Below are positions 50,946-64,000 of a stretch of DNA of 64,000 nucleotides, piece after piece; positions within the stretch are counted from its first letter, which is position 1, and every line of letters starts with the position of its first letter. This DNA is from Eledone cirrhosa (taxonomy: Eukaryota). The DNA is taken from assembly GCA_964016885.1 (NCBI GenBank), contig OZ024742.1:71424001-71488000 (forward strand), written 5' to 3'. Under the pieces are notes generated by a model that made no database searches, had not been told where the DNA came from, and saw only the letters and a program-made list of their open reading frames with translations. The position numbers were made by a program, and so were the translations under genes.

Positions 50946-53900
50946 ACCTACATCGCACAGCCACACCTACACCACGCAGCCACACCTACACCGCATAGCC
51001 ACACCTACACCACGCAGCCACACCTACACCACATAGCCACACCTACACCGCACAGCCACACCTACACCACACAGCCACACCTACACCACACAGCCACACC
51101 TACACCACACAGCAATACCTACACCACACAGCCACACCTACACCACACAGCAATACCTACACCACACAGCCACACCTACACCGCACAGCCACACCTACAC
51201 CACACAGCCACACCTACACCACACACCTACACCGCACAGCCACACCTACACCGCACAGCAATACCTACACCGCACAGCAATACATACACCACACAGCCAC
51301 ACCTACACCGCACAGCAATACATACACCACACAGCCACACCTACACCGCACAGCCACACCTACACCTACACCGCACAGCAATACCTACACCGCACAGCCA
51401 CACCTACACCACACAGCCACACCTACACCACACAGCCACACTTGCACCGCACAGCCACACCTACACCTACACCGCACAGCCATACCTACACCACACAGCC
51501 ACACCTACACCACATAGCAATACCTACACCACACAGCCACACTTGCACCACACAGCCACACCTACCCGCCACACCTACACCACACAGCCACACCTACCCG
51601 CCACACCTACACCACACCTACACCACACAGCCACACCTACACCACACAGCCACACCTACACCACACAGACGCCACACAGCCACACCTACACCACAGCCAC
51701 ACCTACACCACAGCCACACCTACACCACACAGCCACACTTGCACCACACAGCCACACCTACCCGCCACACCTACACCACACAGCCACACCTACACCACAC
51801 GGCCACACCTACACCACACAGCAATACCTACACCACACAGCCACACCTACACCACACAGCAATACCTACACCACACAGCTACACCACACAGCCACACCTA
51901 CACCACACAGCCACACCTACACCACACAGCCATACCTACACCACACAGCCACACCTACACCACACAGCCACACCTACACCACACAGCCACACCTACACCA
52001 CACAGCAATACCTACACCACACAGCCACACCTACACCACACAGCCAAACCTACACCACACAGCCACACCTACACCACATAGCCATACCTACACCACATAG
52101 CCACACCTACACCACACAGCCACACCTACACCACACAGCCATACCTACACCACACAGCCACACCTACACCACACAGCCATACCTACACCACACAGCCACA
52201 CCTACACCACACAGCCATACCTACACCACACAGCCACACCTACACCACACAGCCACACCTACACCACACAGCCACACCTACACCACACAGCCACACCTAC
52301 ACCACACAGCCACACCTACACCACACAGCCATACCTACACCACACAGCCATACCTACACCACACAGCCACACCTACACCACACAGCCACACCTACACCAC
52401 ACAGCCACACCTACACCACACAGTCACACCTACACCACACAGCCATACCTACACCACACAGTCACACCTACACCACACAGCCACACCTACACATAGCAAT
52501 ACCTACACCACACAGCTACACCACACAGCCACACCTACACCACACAGCCATACCTACACCACACAGCCATACCTACACCACACAGCCACACCTGCACCAC
52601 ACAGCCACACTTACACCACACAGCAATACCTACACCACACAGCCACACCTGCACCACACAGCCACACCTACACCACATAGCCATACCTACACCACACAGC
52701 CACACCTACACCACACAGCCACACCTGCACCACACAGCCACACCTACACCACACAGCCACACCTACACCACACAGCAATACCTACACCACACAGCCACAC
52801 CTACACCACACAGCCATACCTACACCACACAGCCATACCTACACCACACAGCCACACCTACACCACACAGCCATACCTACACCACACAGCCATACCTACA
52901 CCACACAGCCACACCTACACCACACAGCCACACCTACACCACACAGCCACACCTTCACCACACAGCCACACCTGCACCACACAGCCACGCCTACAGCACA
53001 CAGCCATACCTACACCACACAGCCATACCTACACCACACAGCCACACCTACACCACACAGCCATACCTACACCACACAGCCATACCTACACCACACAGCC
53101 ACACCTACACCACACAGCCACACCTACACCACACAGCCACATCTACACCACACAGCCATACCTACACCACACAGCCACACCTACACCACACAGCCACACC
53201 TACACCACACAGCCACACCTACACCACACAGCCATACCTACACCACACAGCCACACCTGCACCACACAGCCACACCTGCACCACATAGCCACACCTACAC
53301 CACACAGTCACACCTACACCACACAGCCACACCACACAGCCACACCTACACCACACAGCCACACCTACACCACACAGCCACACCTACACCACACAGCCAT
53401 ACCTACACCACACAGCCATACCTACACCACACAGCCATACCTACACCACACAGCCACACCTACACCGCATAGCCATACCTACACCACACAGCCACACCTG
53501 CACCACACAGCCACACCTACACCACACAGCCACACCTACACCACACAGCCACACTTGCACCACACAGCCACACCTACACCACACAGCCACACTTGCACCA
53601 CACAGCCACACTTGCACCACACAGCCACACCTACACCACACAGCCACACCTACACCACACAGCAATACCTACACCACACAGCCACACCTACACCACATAG
53701 CCACACCTACACCACACAGCAATACCTACACCACACAGCCACACCTACACCACACAGCAATACCTACACCACACAGCCACACAGCCACACCTACACCACA
53801 CAGCCACACCTACACCACACAGCCACACCTACACCACACAGCCACACCTACACCACACAGCCACACCTACACCACACAGTCACACCTACACCACACAGCA

Positions 53901-54376
53901 ATACCTACACCACACAGCAATACCTACACCACACAGCCACACCTACACCACACAGCCACACCTACACCACACAGCCACACCTACACCACACAGCAATACA
54001 TACACCACACAGCCACACCTACACCACACAGCCACACCTACACCACACAGCAATACCTACACCACACATACACCACACAGCCACACCTACACCACACAGC
54101 CACACCTACACCACATAGTCACACCTACACCACACAGCAATACCTACACCACACAGCCATACCTACACCACACAGCCACACCTACACCACACAGCCACAC
54201 CTACACCACACAGCCATACCTACACCACACAGCCACACCTACACCACATAGTCACACCTACACCACACAGCCACACCTACACCACACAGCCATACCTACA
54301 CCACACAGCCACACCTACACCACATAGCCACACCTACACCACATAGCCACACCTACACCACATAGCCATACATACA
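50920..54376. repeat. 19-bp minisatellite, ~3.45 kb (~180 units)
   Basis: CAGCCACACCTACACCACA units with CAAT/CAT/CTG variants; extreme C/A strand bias. Confidence 0.99.
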
Positions 54377-54939
54377 TGCACAACAATTCTTAACCACTCA
54401 GTTATGTCTGCGCAAGAACACAAAATAGGAAAAGTCTACAAATGTGACCTATACGACAATATTGAAGTACTATTATATTGAAGTACCAATGAGAAATAAG
54501 ATAGCAAGGACTATATGACAACTGACTAAAAAGACGACTCAAGTTCTGAACTATAATCACAACTCTGTCAGATCTTTCTTAAGCGAAACTATCTTTTGTG
54601 ACTGAACAAGAAACATGGGATAAAAATATGTGAAACACATTAATACTTTATAACAGTAGACTGAGTTTCTCATTAGAAAATAGCATGAACAAAAATCTAT
54701 CATCACTATCATAACCATATTCATCATTATAGTCATTGTCATCATCACCACCACCACCACCACCATCATCAACACCATAACCATCATCGTTTTTGTCATC
54801 ATTCTCTTAACCCTCATGGCCATCATTATAAGTTACTACTGGCAACAGCAACAACACCACCACCTCTTCTCTGCCGTCATGGGATTGGGTCAATTAGAAA
54901 CTTGAACCCCTCTTGCTCTAGAAGCCTGAGGAGGACCAG

Positions 54940-55130
54940 TCCTTCTTACTAGAACCCTAGCTAATTATAGTTATTATAACTCCAGTTATGTTGTTAGCAT
55001 AATCGAGCTAATTATAACACTAGTTAATTATATTGTTACTAAAACTCTAGTTAATTATCTTACTGTAATCCAACTAGAACACCAGTTAATTATATTGTTA
55101 CTATAACTCTAGCTAACTATACTGTTTTGT
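54940..55130. repeat. Degenerate ~28-bp tandem repeat
   Basis: TTATATTGTTACTA(T/A)AACTCTAG(C/T)TAA recurs. Confidence 0.6.
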
Positions 55131-55288
55131 GGAGTAAATATTCCCTGTCTAACAGTCAAGTCGTCACTGTTCATTATACATACCAAATGTGGAAAGAGGA
55201 TATATTTCCTCTTCCAATTCCATCAATGCCATAAAAAATATATATCAATCAGATAAGAACCAAATTATTTAAATACTATGTTTTTTCT

Positions 55289-55832
55289 TAACCCTTTTGA
55301 TTCCAAAACTCCTAAAACCATCCCTTCTTCTATAACAAACTGTTTATTTTAAAGTGTTTATATTAACCTAAAAACCATTTATAAAATTATGTAAGAACTT
55401 TATTAAACTATTTTCCAAACACCAGTTTAATAAGACTTGTAATTTAAGCACAAGGTCAGCAATTTTATCACCCCGGTACTTGACTGGTACTTTATTTTAT
55501 CAACCTTGAAAAGATGAAAGGCAAAGTTGATCTCAATGGGATTTGAACTCAGAAATTAAAGAATCAGAACAATTTGTTTGATGTTCTAACAACTCTGCGA
55601 ATTCACTACCCTAAAATGATTTGAAAATTATAGGCAGTGTCTTTCATTAGAAATACGGTAACAAAAGTGCTTCTATTTATTTAAAAAACCTTCCATCATC
55701 ATTTTATGTAAGAACCTTTCTTAAGTTGTGTTCCAAACACCAGCTTTATGATGAGAAAGTTATATTAACAAATTCCTGAAAAGTTTTGAAAATCAGTGTC
55801 TTTTGTGAGAAATATAGCAACAAAATGGGTAG
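55289..55832. mobile_element. piggyBac-type MITE relics with a nested minus-strand family 2 SINE (~55438-55612)
   Basis: TTAA|CCCTTTTGA start; SINE GATGAAAGGCAAAGTT...GGATTTGAACTCAG. Confidence 0.6.
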
Positions 55833-56774
55833 AGCAATACTAAGCCAAGCTAAGATGGTGTGGTTTTAAAATTCTCATGAGAGGAGAATATATTTATGAA
55901 GTTTTAATATTTTGATAGTTAAAATGTTTTAAGTGTTGTTAGAGTAGTTTTTGTTTCACAACTCCCTTACATAATGATTTTTTTCTACCAATTTCAGACT
56001 GTTTTGAAGGCCCATATTCATCAAAACAAAAAAAAACAGTAGGAAATAAAAATTTCCTGTCAAGAGTGATATCAGTGTAATATTTACCTCGAAAGTGAAA
56101 ATATTTTAGCACCTCATTTACATAGATTTTCTAAGTTGACGAAAATCAGCAAACTTGAATATAAGTCGACCCCCCCCCCCCCTCCTCCCTTCCATTTTAT
56201 CATCAATTTTTTTAAATTACATATTTCAAGTATGTACAGCATTACAAGTATATTACAAGTATGTACATCACATATTGTTTTTTACCCACCACACCACACT
56301 ACACTACACTGCACATATACACCCCACTACACACACTACACCACACAATGGACTTCCACACAATTTCCTTCTATCAAATGTTTTTCACAAGGCATGGATC
56401 AGCTTGTTTTTATAGTAGTAGAGATACTTGCCCAAGGTGTCACAGTGGTATTAAACATGAACCTACATGCTTGTGAAGCACCCATTTTAACTATACTACC
56501 ATACCTTTTACACACATCACATGGCCGTAGTTTAATGATTGAAACCAGTAAAATAATGTGTCTGTCAGTATGTGTGTGTGTATGTGCGTGTATGTGTATG
56601 TATCTTAAATGTGTGTGTGTGTATATATATGTGTTCCTGAGGTGTGTCAGGAGGGAGTAACTACAGTTAAAAAGGTACTCAATACTTTGGTAGAGTATAA
56701 GGATCATTTTTATATATAGAAATTACTTCTATAGGACTAAAGCTGTTTGATTCAAATGAAATCATCAGGAATGG

Positions 56775-56861
<87 letters not shown>

Positions 56862-56864
<3 letters not shown>

Positions 56865-58540
56865 GCAGATTTACCCGGCGTTGCTCGGGGTTTGAAATTA
56901 TGCTAAGAAAATACAGCTAGGAAGTAAAAGAACATTATTTGTCCCCAACCTGTCAACATAAGCAGAAGTCTTCAATAATTAATGCAAACGAATATTTAGT
57001 GCAATCTTTGTACACATAAAACTATGTTGATAATGAAGGAAAACACTGAACAGGATGTAGTTATACAAATGATTAAAGACAATACACGTTGCAAATCTGT
57101 AAAAAAACAGGCAGTTTTGCTAAAGTACAAAAAGTTGTAATGAAGGCAGAGTTGTATACAAACAAAATAACAATGAGAGTAGAATAAGAGAAAATCTATT
57201 CTTTGAGAGCATCCTTTGCTGTGTATGGTTAAATTTTGAACTTATAATCCAAAATATCCTGCATGACATATTCATTGGTATGTTTTGTAATGAGTAAGAT
57301 GAAGTCAAGGCAGAGCTGAAATAAGTTTTTTTTGTTAACACTAAAGAACTTCAGGATAGATGATATTCTTTGTTTTTCTTTTCGGAACAAACGCAAAGAG
57401 ATTATCTCAACTGCCAACTCGTGAGCAGGCAACGTAGAATTGTCCGTGCGAAAAGCAAGGTTCATCCAAGTGAATTCCAGTGACGGACAGAGTTTGACCT
57501 TGCGACTTGTTTATGGACATCGCAAAGGCAACACGAAGGGGAAATTGGGTTCGGCGAAAGGAGAAGGGAGTATCCACGCCTGATGTAGTCAGGCTAATTT
57601 TTGTTATTATCACATCCTCGCCTTTTGCACATCCGGATAGAATGGTAGCGTCAATACTAAGTGGAGACAGTTTTTTTAACCACAAGGCGTGTACCATTGC
57701 ATAGTTTTGGAGGAGTGATATTTCTCAGCAAAATAACTGGTGTTCCCTTTTTCAGAACCAATGTATTAGGAGGTAAACCAGGAGGATTGAAAGAATTTAG
57801 AAATTCAACTGGATAGTTGACCGCATCCCGTGGATCACATACAGTATCAATAGATTTATATATCCGTGGACATCCAGGAAGAATCCTGTTCAGTATATTC
57901 CTTCATTGTCAAAAAAGTTTGATGTGTCCGAATACAGCTGGAAGCATAGATAATGCCTGCCTCAATTGCGGACGAAATTACTTTAAAAATGTAAAAGCTG
58001 TAGGTCCCAATGGTTTGAATGGAAAGTCCCATAATGATTGTTCTAAAAATAAACAAACCATCATCAAAATCTCGTGAATTCGAAACTGCTGCGAGATTAG
58101 GCCCTTAACGCGAAACTTAACACATAATATAGTGAAACAACTTAAAACAAGTGTTTTTTTAACTTTGAAAGTGCAACAAAGAATAAACAAGAAACAAACG
58201 ATAATATTAGTGATTTATCTTCAAATGAATCTGATGTTTATATTTCTGACATTTCGTCCGACGATGATTGTTGTTTTAAAATTGAAAACGAAGGTCTCCA
58301 TATCTTACTCTCTTTATAAGGATTGTCAATAAAGTTGGTTATCTCCCTTACATCAATTTTGCTACCGATAATTTTGATATCGATTTTCTTTATTGCTCAA
58401 CGTGGGTCGATGTGACCATCTTAGCGACCTGTGCAACGTGCACAGAAAATTTGGTCAAATTCGGCTGGTAATTGTAAAAGCCTTAGGTGTCCAAAGTTGT
58501 ACAAAGACACACACACATTCTCGCTCTTATATATATATAT
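56862..58540 (-). mobile_element. Internally deleted Helitron carrying a Pif1-helicase fragment
   Basis: Minus-strand 3' end CCCGAGCAACGCCGGG-TAAATCTG-CTAG; 5' region ends in CA/TA repeats at ~58540. Confidence 0.85.
57407..57897 (-). pseudogene. Helitron RepHel Pif1-like helicase C-terminal fragment (frameshifted)
   Basis: YKSIDT..YPVEFLNS..PPGLPP..L.LK.G.PVILLRN..PPKLCNGTRL, frameshift in an A-run, then R.QFPLRVAFAMSINKSQGQTL..FSHGQFYVACSRV. Confidence 0.92.
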
Positions 58541-58752
58541 TGTTATACTTTGGGAGGGTCATGTTGCCAATAAGAAACACGCGCACCAATATCGGTTTCA
58601 AAACACGTTTTCAGATAAAGAATCTTGCTAAACAAACTCAGAAACGAAATATATATATATCTAAACTATAATAAAGTAAGAAGCGCGGGACTGTGTACGG
58701 TTTATAGTTTTTTTTATCCCATTAGTAAAATAAGTTGGATTACTTTGAATAA

Positions 58753-58931
58753 ATAATTGTTTCTACTTTTGGCACAAGGCCAGCAATTACCCAGTGCATT
58801 ACTGGTACTTTATTTTATCGACCTCGTAAGAATGAAAGGCAAAGTCAACCTCGGCGGGATTTGAACTCAGATCGTAAAGGGACGTAACTATGCTGGAAAG
58901 CATGGCGTCCGACCCTCTACTGATACTGCCA
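58753..58931 (-). mobile_element. Family 2 SINE, young-looking (CpGs retained)
   Basis: Reverse complement of the full unit, including GAGTTCAAATCCCGCCGAGG. Confidence 0.85.
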
Positions 58932-60092
58932 AAATGAATGAATATTACATAATTTATCTAGTAAATTTCGTGGCTGTTCATTAAATATATTTTATTATTT
59001 ATTTAAAGATTCACTTCTTTAAAATTTTCAAATGTCAACACTTCCGGTGGCGATCGCTTAAATAAACATATTAATTTTCTGTCACTAATTTTCTCCTAAT
59101 GCAGTTTATATATAATATCGTTTTTTTTTAAATGTATCATGGATTACGTTACTGATTACATAAGACAGTGTAACACAGTCTTCGTTCAATTTCTGTGGAT
59201 ATTGTCAATTACGATTTTTTTAATGTATCATATCTACATGTATATATACTTGCGTATAATATCATGCTAGCAGAAAACCACTCGAAGGGTGGTTTTTCTG
59301 CTAGTATATATAATGTAGGAGGAAGTTGTAGTTTGCTTGAAACACTGCCACGACAGTGGCTTTCAAATTTTATATATAGCGCCTGTGCTCTCACATTTCT
59401 ATATAAATTGTTTGTCATTGTCCTTACTGATATTTAAAAACCTAGTGTTACTCTAATCTTTCACTGAAATGGGGTTAGTTGCTCCCTAGAGTTTTGTTGA
59501 AATATTTACTAAAATACAGTAGATCCTTTTACCATCTTTAGTTTCTAAGTATAACAGTGTTGACTGTAACCATCTGGAAGTAGTTCACACCCACTTTTAC
59601 TTCACCAAAATACAAATGTCACAATGATCACAGTTCCTTACTCTCCTGACATTACTCAAAAAGAGAGAGAGAGAGGTAGTTCTGTACAGGCCCATAAAAA
59701 GCCCATCCTGAGAGAACACTGACACACCCAGTCATACAAATAGACACAACACAGTAGCCCCAATGTTATGATACAACTGTCAAAACTTCTGTAAGATGTC
59801 TAGCAATAACGTATCTTCTTGACCAGCTAACTGTTGCTCTTACACTCTATCTGATTGTATATAAGTAAATGCTTTACTCCTTTTGACACCAACTTGGCCA
59901 AAACCAGCTTTGGTTATATGAAATGTGATTAGTTATAGGAAAGACATCTAGCTGTAGAAACCATGCCAAAATCAGAACAAATGTAACCGAGATTCCACCA
60001 CATGTGTAGCTCTGATTAAGTACTGACTTTGACTATGACAAACTGTCTAACCCATGCCAACATTGGGGTGGGAGGGAAGAAACAGCTGCTAG

Positions 60093-60131
<39 letters not shown>

Positions 60132-60274
60132 TTAGTTGATTGTGTCTGCACGTCTGTGTAGTTCAATGTTGAAGTCAGGTCTGTTATGTTGATGATCTCG
60201 ATTCAGTCATCTGTGAAACATGTAATGGTCGATATACAATCAAAACATTTTAAAGTGAAACTTTGTTATATCAT

Positions 60275-60357
<83 letters not shown>

Positions 60358-60360
<3 letters not shown>

Positions 60361-60535
60361 ATATACTTCTCCCATTTTGTCTTTCTTTCCATGCCTGTTT
60401 CTTCGCCCTCATTGTTTCATCCAGCCTACTATTCCACCACCAAGTTATTCTCTCTCTGGATCTCTGCTCCAACCATGTACCCCATTTGTGGCCTTCAGTA
60501 GATTACCTCTCAGGAACTCCCACTGCTCCTCTATA
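60358..60535 (-). mobile_element. RTE fragment (pre-RT region)
   Basis: ITWWWNSRLDETMRAKKQAWKE matches the WWN..AKKQAWK motif near 8400. Confidence 0.7.
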
Positions 60536-60846
60536 TTATGTGTTGCTATTTCTTTTATACACATACACACAGCATTGATTCATTTATAAAACATTGTGGT
60601 AATTTGAAAGAATATGTTTTTTTTCTTGTGAAAAGCCACCTCAATGCAGATCAACTACAAATAATAGTTGAATAAGTTAGGTAAAATGGCCATGACTGCC
60701 GGCGGTAAATGTACCACCACACATTTGTCATATACAGTAAGTAGTTCTGTTCACTATATTTCATCTGCAGGGGTACTTTACTCAGTTTATCCAACTATTA
60801 TTTATATTTCATTTGCATTGTGGTGGATTTTCAAAAAACAAATGTA

Positions 60847-61208
60847 TCATCATCAGCATCATTTAACGTCTGCTCTCCCTGCTAGCAAGGGTTAGACAGG
60901 TTGTCACAGACCATGTCAACTGGCGATCTGCATCTCGCTTACATATGTTCCAGCATTCTACATAATGCACTGGGTCACTGGGTGTATTTTATCAAAGCAC
61001 AAGTACTAGGGTGGACGTCATATCTTTGACACAACTGAAGAGTCCTCTCGACACTTTGTTTGACAACTTTTTTATGGCTGCATGCCTTTTCTATCACCAA
61101 TTACTTTACAGAATGTACTGGGTGTGTTTTATCTTGTCATCAATGCTAAAGAGGTTGTTATGCCTTTGACACAACTCAACCCCTTTCAGCATGTTTTCTA
61201 CAACTGGA
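60847..61208 (-). mobile_element. RTE-tail/SINE fragment
   Basis: CATCAT..TTTAACGTCTGCTCTCCCTGCTAGCAAGGG tail plus two degenerate UTR units. Confidence 0.6.
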
Positions 61209-61798
61209 CACACACACACACACATACACATGGCACTTAATTGCCTTAGTTTATCAAGATGTTCAAATCTACTATTACTATAATCTGTAATCTCAACAAT
61301 ACATACACCTTAAACACTGAGAAAGTGAAACGAACTGGTTTACAGACATTCAGACATTAAAAAAAAAACATCAATAACAAATACTTGAATATCAAAAAAA
61401 AAAAAAAAACACCTAACACTCCATAAAAATTAACTTTTCAACTTGTTCTAGTTTATTCTTGGATAGATTTTTTTTACTTCAGCTTTCTTAAATCCCCATC
61501 TGGTGTCTGTCTTGCTGCCATTTACATTTCCATTTCAAAAACTGTCCCAGATACACGATATTGTTCTGGCAAAATGGAAACTTATGGGCAAAAAGAGAAA
61601 TTGAAATTGCTGAAGGAGACTGTGTGTGTGTGCACGTACGTACATGCATAATAGCTTTTCCCAGAGGATAGTGGTGATCTGCATCAGCTAAAAGGGATGA
61701 TGATAATGTTGGTCTGTTGTGGGAAGAAAAGAACTTTTTTATTTCATCACAAACATTGTTTGTTGTATTTTATGCATATACATATGTATGTGTATATT

Positions 61799-61830
<32 letters not shown>

Positions 61831-61866
61831 GTATATGTATACACACATGTATATATTACATATATA

Positions 61867-63244
61867 CATCATCATCATCATCATCATCATCAACGTTTAA
61901 CGTCCGTGTTCCACGCTTGCATGGGTTTGGACGGGGGTAGTCCCACTTGAGGCAAGAGTGATTGTCTTGCTCGCATAGGACTGTCTGGCAGGTTTTCTAC
62001 AGTTGGATGCCCTTCCTAACACCAACCACATTTACAGTGTGGGTCTGGGAGGTTTTTACCGTGTTGCCTACACGGCCACATTACAGCGTGGACTGTGTGT
62101 TTTTTTGTCGTGACACCTACACGATCTCATTTGTTTCGGCCTCGATGGCGCGGCACCAACATAACTTTACATAGAACGGGGTGGTGTGGATCGGGTGGGG
62201 GTGGTGGTGGTGGGACGGGGTGTATTTTGTTAGAGATGCCTACTGGCTGGAGTAGGTTTTACTATATATTTAGGTACGGCGGGTCTTCTCTGTTACTGAG
62301 TACCGCCAAAGGTCTCGGTCCAGTGACATTGTCTTGGAGAGGTGTAAGTGTGTGATGTCGGAGTTTATCAGCTCGTCCCAGGTTTTTCTAGGTCTGCCTA
62401 TTCCGTGACTACCGTCTATCTTTATTGCCCTGCACTTTGTTATACAGCTATCGACTTTCATGCGCATCACGTGTCCATACCAACGTAGCCTTCTCTCGAG
62501 TAAACAACATCTGATCCCTCTTATCTCTAATTTTTTCCTTAGTTCGTTTATGCTTTGCCGTTCACGTATATTACTGTTACACATCCAGCGGAGCATGCAA
62601 GCTTCGTTCCTCTCTAGTCTGCGTATATCCTCTGCACACAATGCCCAGGTCTCACTGCCATGCAGCATTGCTGTTCGTATGCAGGCATCGTACAACCTGC
62701 CTTTCATTTTTAGTGAGAACCCTTTAGCAGCTAATAGTGGTATAAGCTCTCTGAACTTTTTCCAACCAGTTCTGACTCTAGCTACAGTACTTTCAGAGCA
62801 CCCTCCCCCACTGCTGATTTTATCGCCCAGGTAACGGAAGCTGTCCACTATTTCTATAGAACCCTCTGCGCAATTGAAAGAGCTAGTATTTTGTGGGCAC
62901 TTGCTGCTACTTATTGCACCAGAGCACCGGCCACATGTAAAATCTATGTTCTTAGTTAGCTTACCTGTGATCCCACTACATCTTTTATGCACCCATACTT
63001 TGCATTTAGGACATAAAATGGAGTTTCTACCTACGCCTTTCCTACACACCGAGCACGACCATTTCCCAGAAGGGACCGCCGCCTTGTTTTCTTTCCTACA
63101 AACTAGTACTTTGGTCTTAGCCAGGTTAATTTTAAGTCCTTTTGACTCTAGGCCGTGCTTCCATGTTTGGAATTTCTTCTCTAGCTCGGCCATTGATTCC
63201 GCTATGAGTGTCAGGTCGTCTGCGTATAGGAGTTCCCATGGGCA
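61867..63244 (-). mobile_element. RTE LINE family A, 5'-truncated at the YADD region, ORF remnant uninterrupted
   Basis: CPWELLYADD...RLRWYGHV...GRPRKTW open to the stop at 62270; 3'UTR; (CAT)n tail. Confidence 0.95.
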
Positions 63245-64000
63245 CATGTGTGTGTATATTACACACACATAATAATAAATGTGAAGACTAAAATCCAAAG
63301 AGGGCTCGATAAGGATAAATATATATCAAATATATATATATAAGAACCCTAGAGCAAATATTTATTAAAATAACAGATTAAAGTTTAAGCAAAGAATCGC
63401 TGCTTTCACCCTTCACAGGATCTTCTGAAACTAAAAGAAAAATTAATCTGTGAATGCAGAAGTAAATATTTTGAAAAACATTGCAACCGAAGGAAAACAG
63501 GAAGACAATACTTTGGTTCGTAAAGACGTTTCCTGGCAACGAAAAGAAAAAAAGTGAGGATAATACGTCGTTATTGGAACGATGAGAACAAATACATGCA
63601 AAGACAAAACCATGTTTATGCTATAAATGGAGTCGTAGACTAATATTCTATTTAGGAAACCGAATGATTCTCAGCTTCGGAGTTAAGAATAATGTAACTA
63701 AATTAGTAGAACGAAAAAGACAGAGGTTATTAAAGTAATAATAATTACATATATACATTCACACAACTATATATGTACATACACGTGCATACATGAAAAC
63801 ACATGCCATGCATGCAAATACATGCACGTACACATAAACACGCGCACACATACGAACGTATACACCAAATACACATATAAATATGTGTGTGTGTGTATGT
63901 ATACATATAATTATATAAACGTATATAAATATACACACATAAATATATACACACATAAATATATAACGCACGCATGCACATAACTACAGGTAAATACACG

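Noticed and set aside
51442-54118. 412-aa and other His/Thr/Pro-rich ORFs
   Set aside because: Stop-free translation of a 19-bp C/A-rich repeat; the period is not a multiple of 3; no real start or splice context
57407-57897. Cellular PIF1 gene
   Set aside because: Intronless, frameshifted, and enclosed by Helitron termini
62270-63298. Intact 342-aa gene
   Set aside because: The N-terminus comes from flanking microsatellite DNA; the rest is a 5'-truncated RTE ORF

Overview
AT-rich, repeat-dominated animal genomic DNA (intergenic or a large intron); I could not recognise any host protein-coding exon, rRNA or tRNA gene. The SINE/LINE repertoire and dense (TA)n/(CA)n/(CAT)n microsatellites suggest an octopus/coleoid cephalopod (inference from recalled SINE sequences, not verified). 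Contents: several 5'-truncated RTE-clade LINEs from at least two families with (GAT)n tails, three tRNA-derived SINE families, non-autonomous and Pif1-helicase-bearing Helitrons, a degenerate Penelope-like (Naiad-like) RT/GIY-YIG element, Tigger/pogo and piggyBac-type MITE relics, an 8.15-kb 38/40-bp satellite with higher-order structure, and many minisatellites. The most notable observations are a structurally complete type I hammerhead ribozyme (22252-22331, minus strand), a 3.4-kb minisatellite built from a SINE's Pol III A-box, a twin-priming-like 5'-inverted RTE, a double-tailed RTE fragment, a constant-core/variable-spacer array carrying Sox/DMRT-like palindromes, and a strand-asymmetric pre-miRNA-like hairpin. 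All family assignments come from motif recognition by eye; no database search was run, and copy numbers are estimates.
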